A stretch of DNA of 64,000 bases, taken from sequence record PQ741806.1; one strand, 5' to 3'. How positions within the stretch are numbered: position 1 is the stretch's first letter; each line of letters begins with the position of its first letter. Positions 38,288-46,512 of this stretch are shown here, piece after piece. The notes beneath the pieces were generated by a model. That model saw nothing but the letters and a program-made list of their open reading frames with translations, did not search any database and was not told where the DNA came from. Both the position numbers and the translations under genes were made by a program.

Positions 38288-38352
38288 TATTTCCACTCCC
38301 ATAGTTTATAAGCTATAACTACAATTGTAATCATAATCAATTTTTTCTTCAT
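38287..38352 (-). CDS. Unannotated 21-aa peptide MKKKLIMITIVVIAYKLWEWK
   Basis: First ATG after the early promoter; basic-hydrophobic-aromatic pattern; TAATG coupling to the next gene. Confidence 0.55.
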   Translation of the reverse strand: MKKKLIMITIVVIAYKLWEWK

Positions 38353-38380
38353 TGTAAATACCCTATAGTTTTATCACATT

Positions 38381-38398
38381 TGTAATATACTGTTTAAA
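38381..38398 (-). promoter_or_regulatory. Early promoter TTTAAACAGTATATTACA
   Basis: Identical to 655-672. Confidence 0.85.
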
Positions 38399-38430
38399 AT
38401 GCTTTAAATACAAAAAATAAAAAAAGCATA

Positions 38431-38454
38431 ATCCCTCCCAACTAAGGGAGGGAT
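38431..38454. terminator. Terminator ATCCCTCCC-AACTAA-GGGAGGGAT
   Basis: 9-bp stem after the helicase stop; U-rich tract follows on the minus strand. Confidence 0.85.
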
Positions 38455-38469
38455 CATTTATGCCATTTA

Positions 38470-40008
38470 CTATAAACGCATCATGCGCATACTTTTAGTT
38501 TTACCCATGAAATGATTTTCTTTATTTCTAGCGTATCTGCAATGATGAGGTATGTTATTACAAACCATGAATGTTAACCTTGGTATTACATCAGGCCAGT
38601 TCTTCAATGGTCTTAGTCGTCCAAGAATTTGGATGCTGTCCTTTTTAGAGTCAGTTGCTTGTAATAGAATAACTTCCCTTAAATTCCTAATATCAACACC
38701 AGTACCAGATGATTTAATAGTTGATACAGTGATATCATTAGTCATTAATCTATCATACGGACTACCCGAAACATGTCTATTAATCTGAAGATCTGGATAT
38801 TGTTTCTTAAGATAAGCTGTCAGTACATCGATAAAGTTTACAGTCGCGCATAATAGCAAACATTTCTGACCTTCAATACGATCCTTTATATAAACGCCAT
38901 CTACAATACGTTTAACCATCTTTAAATAGAAGTCTAGTCGCCTAGGATTCTTCATCATTACTGTTTCATAACGAGCATGGTTATATGTATTTTTAAATGG
39001 AGTTAAATAGTCCTTAGGTTTAATAGTTGGTTCACTATATAACAAGCCAATAACATTGATGTATGAGTCATATGCAGGTAACCTACACTTTGTAGTGGCA
39101 GGTAGCATGACATCAATCATTTTAGTAACAAACTGATTACCAGTGTATGGAGTAGCTGATAAATAGATTTGTTTATTGACATTGGTATATAGATCAGTAC
39201 GAAATACTAATCCTGGATCTTCTTGAATCTCATCATTGATCTGCCAACCTGCTCCAATAACCTCATGGAATCTAGGTGGTGGTACATTAAATCCAACTAC
39301 ATCGATTTTTTCACCTAATCGTTCAAAAGTATCGATATATGCACGGTATGTTGTAGAACTAATGAGAATAATTTCAACACCCTCTAAATCATTCTCTAGT
39401 CCGCGATTAATTAGATTCTGTAACTCAGCAGATCCAGATACTTTTAAATATTTTATACCTAGCTGATCTTCATAACCAACAAATGTTTCTTTTAATGCTT
39501 TCTCCCAAATACCGAAATATTTAGGTGGAATCATAACAACACCACGTTCTTTCATTACTGCAACTGAAGCTAAACTAGTTAAGGTTTTACCTTTACCAGT
39601 CTGTAAATCAACACGTGCTGAATGTAAATGTGGTCTTAGAATATCTTCGCGGATGGTTTCCTGATAATCCCTTAGAACATAATGTTCAAATAAAGTATAG
39701 TCTACTTTAACAGCTGTTGGTACAGGAATATCTACAATTTCAATTCTAGTAGATGGTATATTCTTATCGGCTAGATAATTAATAAGTTCTTGAAGACATT
39801 CACGATGGATGAATACAGATTTACCATCTTCTGTTTCACCATAATATTTTTTCTTTATTTCCATTATGGTGCGTTGACCAGGTATCTTCTTAGGTTCTTT
39901 TAAAACCAGTTTATTAAGATATCCAGTCATCTTTAAGTATGTTTCCCGATCGTAACCGGATAAACGAACACCATGGGTGTATCGTTCTGCTGTAAGAATC
40001 GGTTTCAT
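38470..40008 (-). CDS. SF2 (UvsW-like) helicase (gp75-like); start moved from 40083 to 40008
   Basis: Walker A LQTGKGKT, motif II DEIQ, motif III SAT, motif VI QILGRLR. Confidence 0.85.
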   Translation of the reverse strand: MKPILTAERYTHGVRLSGYDRETYLKMTGYLNKLVLKEPKKIPGQRTIMEIKKKYYGETEDGKSVFIHRECLQELINYLADKNIPSTRIEIVDIPVPTAVKVDYTLFEHYVLRDYQETIREDILRPHLHSARVDLQTGKGKTLTSLASVAVMKERGVVMIPPKYFGIWEKALKETFVGYEDQLGIKYLKVSGSAELQNLINRGLENDLEGVEIILISSTTYRAYIDTFERLGEKIDVVGFNVPPPRFHEVIGAGWQINDEIQEDPGLVFRTDLYTNVNKQIYLSATPYTGNQFVTKMIDVMLPATTKCRLPAYDSYINVIGLLYSEPTIKPKDYLTPFKNTYNHARYETVMMKNPRRLDFYLKMVKRIVDGVYIKDRIEGQKCLLLCATVNFIDVLTAYLKKQYPDLQINRHVSGSPYDRLMTNDITVSTIKSSGTGVDIRNLREVILLQATDSKKDSIQILGRLRPLKNWPDVIPRLTFMVCNNIPHHCRYARNKENHFMGKTKSMRMMRL

Positions 40009-40029
40009 AAAAAAATCAACGATCGGTAA

Positions 40030-40046
40030 GGGGAGCAGTGCTCCCC
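40030..40046 (-). terminator. GC hairpin GGGGAGCA-G-TGCTCCCC between gp74 and the helicase (terminator or attenuator)
   Basis: Perfect inverted repeat in the intergenic gap; U tract not immediately adjacent. Confidence 0.5.
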
Positions 40047-40066
40047 AAACCTCACGTCCTCCACGT

Positions 40067-42100
40067 CTATCGCAGTTTACCACCTTTAACTAGTAAGTCA
40101 TATGGATGGTCATTCCTCATCTTGTTAAGGAAACTGCCTGGGTTATTTAGTGGCTCATGCTGCTTTTCGAAAGCCATCGCACCACCTAAACTACGACATT
40201 GCATTAGCCTATTATATTTTTCAAATTGGCCATTAATACCGGGTTTAGGTAAGCGATAGTCTCGATATTGAGCTGAACGGATCATCATAGCGTATATCAA
40301 GATCTCACAATGGGAAATATTAAGGCTAATCTTTTCATTAGCCATTGTTGCAAATACAGGTAGTGCTTCAATTGGTGACTTGTAGTTTTTAAGATACGTT
40401 TTAGACGTATATCCAACTTTCTCAGTGCTTAGTTTACCTGCCTCGGCTGAGTCACTACCGGAATGTAAGAAACTTTGGAATCGTTTCATTACTTCATACA
40501 TGTTTACGTGCTTATTTGGTAGCGTTAAGAATGGTAGGTTAAAATCAAAACCACGAAGACTAATGACGATATTGTCTCGCTGATCTAGTTCCCAACGGAC
40601 CATCTTAATATGCTTTAGCATTTCAATAGATAGACTAGCCCTACGGTTATACAGCGACACAGTCAGAACATCACCACATTCACCATTCACCTCATCATCA
40701 TAGACTAGGGCCAGGCTGGTTAGTTCAGTAGCTGAAGTAGCTGGATATGCAGTAAGGTCATCAATCATTAAAATGTCAGCAAGGTTTTCTGCCTCTGACC
40801 GTGCGATTACTAAACGATAATCCTTCTGAGTAAGTTCTTTCTTTAGATATAGTGTCTCTGGGATTTCACCTGTTCTTAAATAATTACTTTCAATTTTGCC
40901 AAGTTTATATTGTTCTACAGCAGAAGACGCATCGGTGTGTTTAGTAGACAATACTGCTGAAGTAATTTTGTCACCCATCGATACGGCAGCAACCTGACCG
41001 ATATTAGTTCCTTTTGGAATATTGATACCTAGTCGGCCATAACAAGTCATACAGATACCCTGACTATCTGGATGATTACATCCAAATACAGACCTGAATT
41101 TCTGTTTAGTTCCAATTAGGTGTGTTTCATTTCCACGGATCCAGTCTAGTTTACCATCTTCTTTTTGATAATATTTTCCTTTGAATGCTTTTAAAGTTAA
41201 CTTAGTTACAGGATACTCAGCTAAGATTGTGGTCTTACAATCACCAGGATGTAGCCTTTGGACATATTGTGCAATAAGCTGAGATTTCCGGTTAAAGTAT
41301 TCAGTTACTCGCAGTAGTTCTTTGTTATATAGTAGTGCTTTAGTACCTGAACGAGATTCAATCATATTCTCATACAGATTCCAAATACCATCAATATAAC
41401 CAGTTGTTACCGGATATTTAAAGATATCTGAGTTAATGTCAGTTGGAAAGCCCCGCCAAGCAAATGCTTGTAGAAGCTGTTCAGTTTTCTGAGTACCAGA
41501 ACGAAGACCTTCAATGATGCTGTTACCAATGAATTGGGTAGGATCATTAAATACTTCTTTGACTTTACCATAACTAATTTTTTCGATACCATAAGTAGTT
41601 GGTTCGATATTATGGTTAGCCTCACGTACCTTGGGATGATTATATACTTCAGCAATATCAAACATCGACAAGGTTGCTAGATATTCAGACAGTTTCACAG
41701 TGGTCTGATTATACAGCCAGTTCTTACCTTCAATAGCCAGTTTAGATAGTACTTCAGGATCTACTGTTTCACCTGACCAATCATAGATGTTCCAAATAGC
41801 CTTATTTAAATGCTTAACCATGGCCTTAGATGTTACTCGGCCACCTTCAACATTTAGATAATCTTTAGGGTTATCAGTTAAGATGCGATTGAAATCGATA
41901 TGGTGATCAGATGGAATTGGGCAATCTTTATAATGTTTAAGAGGATACCAACACAGAACGGATAATTTGGTAATACGGTCAACTGACACAACCGTTTTAC
42001 CATCATCAAATTCGATTAGATGCCATTCTGAAGGGAGTGACCATAAATCATCATAACTTAGATTTAGAAGATCACGCGCTTTATAACGATTAAGATTCAT
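40067..42100 (-). CDS. Non-virion RNA polymerase beta-prime C-terminal subunit (gp74)
   Basis: Bridge-helix region RSGTKALLYNK; Zn site RSVFGC...CMTCYG; trigger-loop-like AAVSMGDKITSAVLSTKH. Confidence 0.9.
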   Translation of the reverse strand: MNLNRYKARDLLNLSYDDLWSLPSEWHLIEFDDGKTVVSVDRITKLSVLCWYPLKHYKDCPIPSDHHIDFNRILTDNPKDYLNVEGGRVTSKAMVKHLNKAIWNIYDWSGETVDPEVLSKLAIEGKNWLYNQTTVKLSEYLATLSMFDIAEVYNHPKVREANHNIEPTTYGIEKISYGKVKEVFNDPTQFIGNSIIEGLRSGTQKTEQLLQAFAWRGFPTDINSDIFKYPVTTGYIDGIWNLYENMIESRSGTKALLYNKELLRVTEYFNRKSQLIAQYVQRLHPGDCKTTILAEYPVTKLTLKAFKGKYYQKEDGKLDWIRGNETHLIGTKQKFRSVFGCNHPDSQGICMTCYGRLGINIPKGTNIGQVAAVSMGDKITSAVLSTKHTDASSAVEQYKLGKIESNYLRTGEIPETLYLKKELTQKDYRLVIARSEAENLADILMIDDLTAYPATSATELTSLALVYDDEVNGECGDVLTVSLYNRRASLSIEMLKHIKMVRWELDQRDNIVISLRGFDFNLPFLTLPNKHVNMYEVMKRFQSFLHSGSDSAEAGKLSTEKVGYTSKTYLKNYKSPIEALPVFATMANEKISLNISHCEILIYAMMIRSAQYRDYRLPKPGINGQFEKYNRLMQCRSLGGAMAFEKQHEPLNNPGSFLNKMRNDHPYDLLVKGGKLR

Positions 42101-42123
42101 TATTTACCTCTTGTATTATTAAA

Positions 42124-42144
42124 CCCCTGATCAATGATCAGGGG
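42124..42144. terminator. Hairpin CCCCTGATCA-A-TGATCAGGGG overlapping the gp73 stop
   Basis: Perfect inverted repeat. Confidence 0.55.
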
Positions 42145-43054
42145 CATATTCTAATGCAATACCACTACATTCAAGCAGGTGATCAAACATAGCTACTGGG
42201 CGAGATCCACCAAATGGAATCTTTTCACGATCAACTGCAACTGGTACAGATGAAGGTTTTTCTGCTGTTAGCCAAGACTCGATAACCGCAGCATGCGCCA
42301 ATGGGTTATTAGTTTGGTCTAAGATTTCAGCAGTCGGACCTGGACCAACTGTACAGTTATATGACCGAGTTTCAGATTCACCGAATGACCGGATAGCTGT
42401 TTCTCGACCAGGTGTGCTAGCCCTATCAGCATTGTTTAACTTAGAAGGTAGACCAAATGGTTGTGTTTTTACAGATGCTGCTGCTGACCAGTCTTCACCA
42501 ATCTTTTCTAGTAGCATCATGTAAAGTGGACCCATTAAGACATTATCTTTAGTTGTTACCCACTTACCAGCTTGATCTCGATAAGATACCTTCCCATAGT
42601 GTGGTCGATACTTATCGCTATTAATTAATTTGTTGACTGCTGCCATTAGATCCACTGGATCATCAACTGGTGCGTAGATATATGGGAATCCATCCATTAG
42701 TACTGTTTTAACATGTTCTGCTGGATTTGGGTGTTCCATCATTTTACTATGCATTGTTGGAGCAATGATCTCATAGAAACCTAATAGTTCTTTAAATGCA
42801 TAATCAACCCATTGCGTATTACCCATTACACTATTTAGTTGTTGCTGGGTTGGTTTGGCATGTCGATCTAGTCCAGCTTCAACGCGTAGGCGTTGAGCTA
42901 GATCTCGTGCAGCTGCGCCAAAACCATGTTCATAAATTCGACCATAATTTGAACGACGCATGGTTGAACCACCAAAGATAATTAGATCTGCCCTATTACC
43001 ATTTTCGTCAATAGGCATATCTTCATCTTCCATTACCTTACAGATGACGCCCTT
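42131..43054 (-). CDS. nvRNAP beta C-terminal subunit, exon 2 (gp73 part of gp71-73)
   Basis: The frame continues upstream of ATG 43033 as KGVICKV; joining to exon 1 restores the beta motif HGGKGV (bacterial HGNKGV). Confidence 0.9.
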   Translation of the reverse strand, partial: KGVICKVMEDEDMPIDENGNRADLIIFGGSTMRRSNYGRIYEHGFGAAARDLAQRLRVEAGLDRHAKPTQQQLNSVMGNTQWVDYAFKELLGFYEIIAPTMHSKMMEHPNPAEHVKTVLMDGFPYIYAPVDDPVDLMAAVNKLINSDKYRPHYGKVSYRDQAGKWVTTKDNVLMGPLYMMLLEKIGEDWSAAASVKTQPFGLPSKLNNADRASTPGRETAIRSFGESETRSYNCTVGPGPTAEILDQTNNPLAHAAVIESWLTAEKPSSVPVAVDREKIPFGGSRPVAMFDHLLECSGIALEYAPDH

Positions 43055-43361
43055 CGTTATGTTCAGGTAAGTTCGCTACGCTTACCCCGCCTCTCGTATT
43101 GCAGGCAGCTGCATGTCACCATGCAGACCAGACTATATCTTAACCTTCACCCTAGGTGGTCAGGTCCCTCCCATTTCCACTCGCTTGAGTGTACTCCGCG
43201 TAACCGGATAGTCGTTGAACGTTCAATCCATTTCTGGAAAGCTTCGCTGCTGATTGTCTCATTGAGATGTCCCAGCAATTAGAGAGGATTTACTTGACTC
43301 TTTCGAGATCAAGCAGGCAATTTGACAATATCCATTCCTGAGAGATGGATGGATATTAATT
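43055..43361 (-). mobile_element. Group I intron (IA2, T4 td-like), 307 nt, no endonuclease ORF
   Basis: P AATTGCTGG, Q AATCAGCAG, R TCAACGACTA, S AAGATATAGTCT; 5' exon ends in U (GGTGGT); terminal G in AACATAACG; P1 with a U-G pair can be drawn. Confidence 0.92.
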
Positions 43362-44540
43362 ACCACCATGAAAATCAGTCATCTTGAAAGCACCAGCAGG
43401 CATCTTTTGGGCTTTGTAAGTTACTTCGACTCGCCATTCATCTAGTGGGTCTAGTCGATAGAATCGAGATAGTTTACGGACATTATCAGGTTGAGGTAGG
43501 AACATCTGTGCAGTTACAATAAGACGTTCAAATTCCTCAGTGATATGTAGATCATCTTTACGACGTGCTAATAGACCACGATAGATCTTTAATAGTTCTC
43601 GATAATAACTGCTAAGATGAGTATGATATTTAACTAGTTGTGCATCCATTCCTGTTGGAGTAGGGGATGGATTTACACGCTCATCACGCCAAATATCAAT
43701 ATCAATAACCTTCGCACCAGGTGTGCCAATAACAGCTCTATCGAAAGTTCTATCTAGTGTACGAAGTGCCCTAGGAGTCATCTCGGCAGGAGCTAGATCA
43801 TCATCATGGTCACGGATGGCGAAGATTACACCATCTGGTCGGATAACATCGCCAATGTCTGGGAATGGTTTATAGACCTTATCATCGCCATACATGTTTA
43901 AGAAGAAAGCTTTCCTACCAGCATTAGCTACAGCCGTGCTATAACTAGTTGGCATCATCCTTTTAAGGAAATTCTTATTAGCTACGAATCCATCTTCAAT
44001 GGTACCAGCGGCAGATAGGAATACAACATTAGCATTAACACCCATCCCTAAAGTACCGTCTTTCTTAACTGCACCAGACTGTGCAATCACTGTGTCTTTA
44101 GAGAACATTTCATTTGGGGCAATGGTTTCCCACACTTCTCGATTCTTTACAAGTTCATAACCAAAGTCTTGGTGATGACTCATGTACTCGGGAACATGTA
44201 AGACACCAATGGTTTTATATTTGTCAAAATAGTTTTCGTAGATAATAGTTGTTACCGGGTTAGATCTAATACTGTCTTTACCAATACCCGTTGGATATTT
44301 TCTAAGAACATGTAGTACACGACAATCCTCAGGAAAACGAACATCATGTGTATACTTGGCATACTCTAATTCAGCACCCGTTAGGAAATAACGCGATTCA
44401 TTTCCATTTACTTCTGGTGCCTGGCCAATATGTGTTACAAACATAGCACCCCGTGCAGATGAGGTAGTGCCATACCAAGGATCTAAACCAGTATGCCCTA
44501 ATAGGGTTAGATCAATTTCACGTTTACCTAGTTCAGCCAT
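43362..44540 (-). CDS. nvRNAP beta C-terminal subunit, exon 1 (gp71 part of gp71-73)
   Basis: Motifs GTIEDG and FKMTDFHGG; likely start MAELGK at 44540 (track start 44555). Confidence 0.9.
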
Positions 44541-44652
44541 TTTGTTTATCACCATTAATTAGACAAGATGCAGTACTACTATATTTCTTATTTGCGCTGT
44601 TTTTAGATATAGCCTTTTGTAAGACTTCAATGTCTGGTATCACCAATCTCAT
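44533..44652 (-). CDS. Unannotated 36-39-aa leader ORF (MRL)VIPDIEVLQKAISKNSANKKYSSTASCLINGDKQNG
   Basis: AGGAGGT RBS properly spaced to TTG/GTG at 44646/44643; its TGA overlaps the gp71 start (ATGGCTGA). Confidence 0.55.
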   Translation of the reverse strand: MRLVIPDIEVLQKAISKNSANKKYSSTASCLINGDKQNG

Positions 44653-44678
44653 ACCTCCTGTTTACTAATTACAAATCA

Positions 44679-44696
44679 ATGATATAGATCTTAAAT
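44679..44696 (-). promoter_or_regulatory. Early-type promoter ATTTAAGATCTATATCAT upstream of gp71
   Basis: Variant of TATATTAC with the AGAT(C/T) prefix shared by four other core-gene promoters. Confidence 0.65.
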
Positions 44697-44704
44697 AAAA
44701 TTTA

Positions 44705-45079
44705 TTGGAATTTATTATGGCATTCACACTGTTAGCTAATCAGCCAGATTCAGGTGAATCTGTTTATTATGAACCAGGGTTCAGATTAATTATTGAGACT
44801 CATTTGAATATCTTACGTAATGTCAGATCCACACGTATTCAGATTCCACCTGAACTGTATTACCAGTTCGAAGGAAACTTTTATGGATACATGGCAGAAC
44901 GCCGTGTCAATCCTGATATGTGGTGGATTCAAATGCGTGTTAATGGTTTAGTTAGCCCTTATGATTTTGGTAAAGTTCTAAGGGATCCTTCAGCTAATGA
45001 TTACACCAGCTATTTAATCATACCGAATAACGACATGATTCAACACCTCGTTAGCTTATATCAAACTAAAAAGTTTTAA
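44705..45079 (+). CDS. Small conserved protein, possibly T4 gp53/LysM-like baseplate wedge domain
   Basis: Motif FYGY...WWIQMRVNGLVSPYDF; own terminator at 45085. Confidence 0.5.
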   Translation: MEFIMAFTLLANQPDSGESVYYEPGFRLIIETHLNILRNVRSTRIQIPPELYYQFEGNFYGYMAERRVNPDMWWIQMRVNGLVSPYDFGKVLRDPSANDYTSYLIIPNNDMIQHLVSLYQTKKF

Positions 45080-45084
45080 AGCAA

Positions 45085-45110
45085 GCCAGGGGACCCTTAG
45101 GCCCCCTGGT
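45085..45110. terminator. Bidirectional terminator between convergent genes
   Basis: GCCAGGGG...CCCCTGGT stem followed by TTATG. Confidence 0.8.
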
Positions 45111-45120
45111 TTATGCCGTG

Positions 45121-46512
45121 TTACAGTAGACGACCCATCATTTGGTTTCCACCTAGATTCATCATCGCGGTGTTACCATTACCAGCTAGAGCGGGGTTTA
45201 GTGCTTGTGCAAATCCACCACCCATCGGCATTTGATTGCCCATGAGTTGCATCATTTGCGGATGCATATTAGCCATCATTGGTTGCTGTGGCTGCATCAT
45301 CCCAGGCATTGCAAAGTTATTGTTCATCATAACAGGTTGTTGCATCATTCCGGGTTGAGCAAATTGGTTTTTCTGCCCAGCGTTTAGAAGATCTTGGATA
45401 GATGCTTTATTGCTAGTTTGAACTTGTTGTGCGGGACGTTGAGGTGCCTGAGTCATTGCTACAGCTTGACTCATAGATGGATTAACATTCACAGTTGTGC
45501 CTACTGGTACACGTGTAGAAGTAGTTTGTTCTTTAGCAGTATTACCCACTTTAACTACACTATCCTTTTTCTGGACAGGAATTTGGGCAACTGGGTTTAC
45601 AGTTTCAGAAGCTTCTTCTTCTACTTCATTGCTGACTCCTTCATTACCATCAAGAGAGGGGATCTCACGTTGCATCTTTGCAAAATCAGCAATCACCTTC
45701 TCATCAACTTTTGAATAAGGTTGAATAGCATCATCGAAGATCAGGCGATACTTATCAATAACACTATTTAGTTGAGTAGTGATTTTGTTAAATGCCTGGA
45801 TAAGACATACAAAATAAGGTGCTACCCGCTCAACTGTTCCTGCTGAATATTCAGTTGGTGAATCACCAAATGGTACAACTAGTTTAAATAGTTCGATTAG
45901 AACTGGCCGCTGTTTCTTAGGTACATTTACTCCAAGGATATCATCTTTAGAATAAAGATCCTCTACGATAGGGAACCGAATAACGCAGATACGGTTAACT
46001 GTCTTCCCATCAAATTTACCATTTGCTTTTAGATACACGCTTACAAAACGTGAACGTTTTTCAGCAGCTTTGACAACCTTATTAAACCACTCAATGGTAT
46101 CTGGCTTAGCACCGGATAGTTTCTTTAGGAAGTCTGAACATTCTGGTGGAATGTCTTTATGCAGAGTGGAGTCGGCAGCTACTTCTAAAATACGTGAAGT
46201 AAGATACTTCACAGTAAACATTAGATTAGCCTTAACTTGACGCTGCATATGCTGTAGTACTTGAGAAGTACCTAGCCGAGAGATCTTTTCAGATAGCGGG
46301 TGGAAGGCGATGTAATCATCGCCTAGCCCTTTACGAAGCCAATCTTTAGTAGGTACCACTAGTCGCTTACCATCTACCTTTGCAGGTGCAGGTCGACCAA
46401 GTGGATCGAGAATACTGATCATATCCTCTTCACCTACTTTGTATCGGAAAGCAGGTAATACTTGATCACTATAGAACTTGGAAAGAGAAATCGTAGGCAT
46501 TGTTATCACCAA
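45121..46512 (-). CDS. Conserved nucleus-block protein (gp70-like) with a Q/M/N/P-rich low-complexity tail
   Basis: Directly after PicA; likely start at 46500 (MPTISL). Confidence 0.75.
   Translation of the reverse strand: MVITMPTISLSKFYSDQVLPAFRYKVGEEDMISILDPLGRPAPAKVDGKRLVVPTKDWLRKGLGDDYIAFHPLSEKISRLGTSQVLQHMQRQVKANLMFTVKYLTSRILEVAADSTLHKDIPPECSDFLKKLSGAKPDTIEWFNKVVKAAEKRSRFVSVYLKANGKFDGKTVNRICVIRFPIVEDLYSKDDILGVNVPKKQRPVLIELFKLVVPFGDSPTEYSAGTVERVAPYFVCLIQAFNKITTQLNSVIDKYRLIFDDAIQPYSKVDEKVIADFAKMQREIPSLDGNEGVSNEVEEEASETVNPVAQIPVQKKDSVVKVGNTAKEQTTSTRVPVGTTVNVNPSMSQAVAMTQAPQRPAQQVQTSNKASIQDLLNAGQKNQFAQPGMMQQPVMMNNNFAMPGMMQPQQPMMANMHPQMMQLMGNQMPMGGGFAQALNPALAGNGNTAMMNLGGNQMMGRLL

Noticed and set aside
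40009-40083. 25-residue N-terminal extension of the helicase
   Set aside because: Overlaps the gp74 end and a GC hairpin; MKPILT at 40008 is the more plausible start
32354-42100. Inteins in gp80, gp75 or gp74
   Set aside because: No C/S...HN-C/S/T splice signature or large insertion seen
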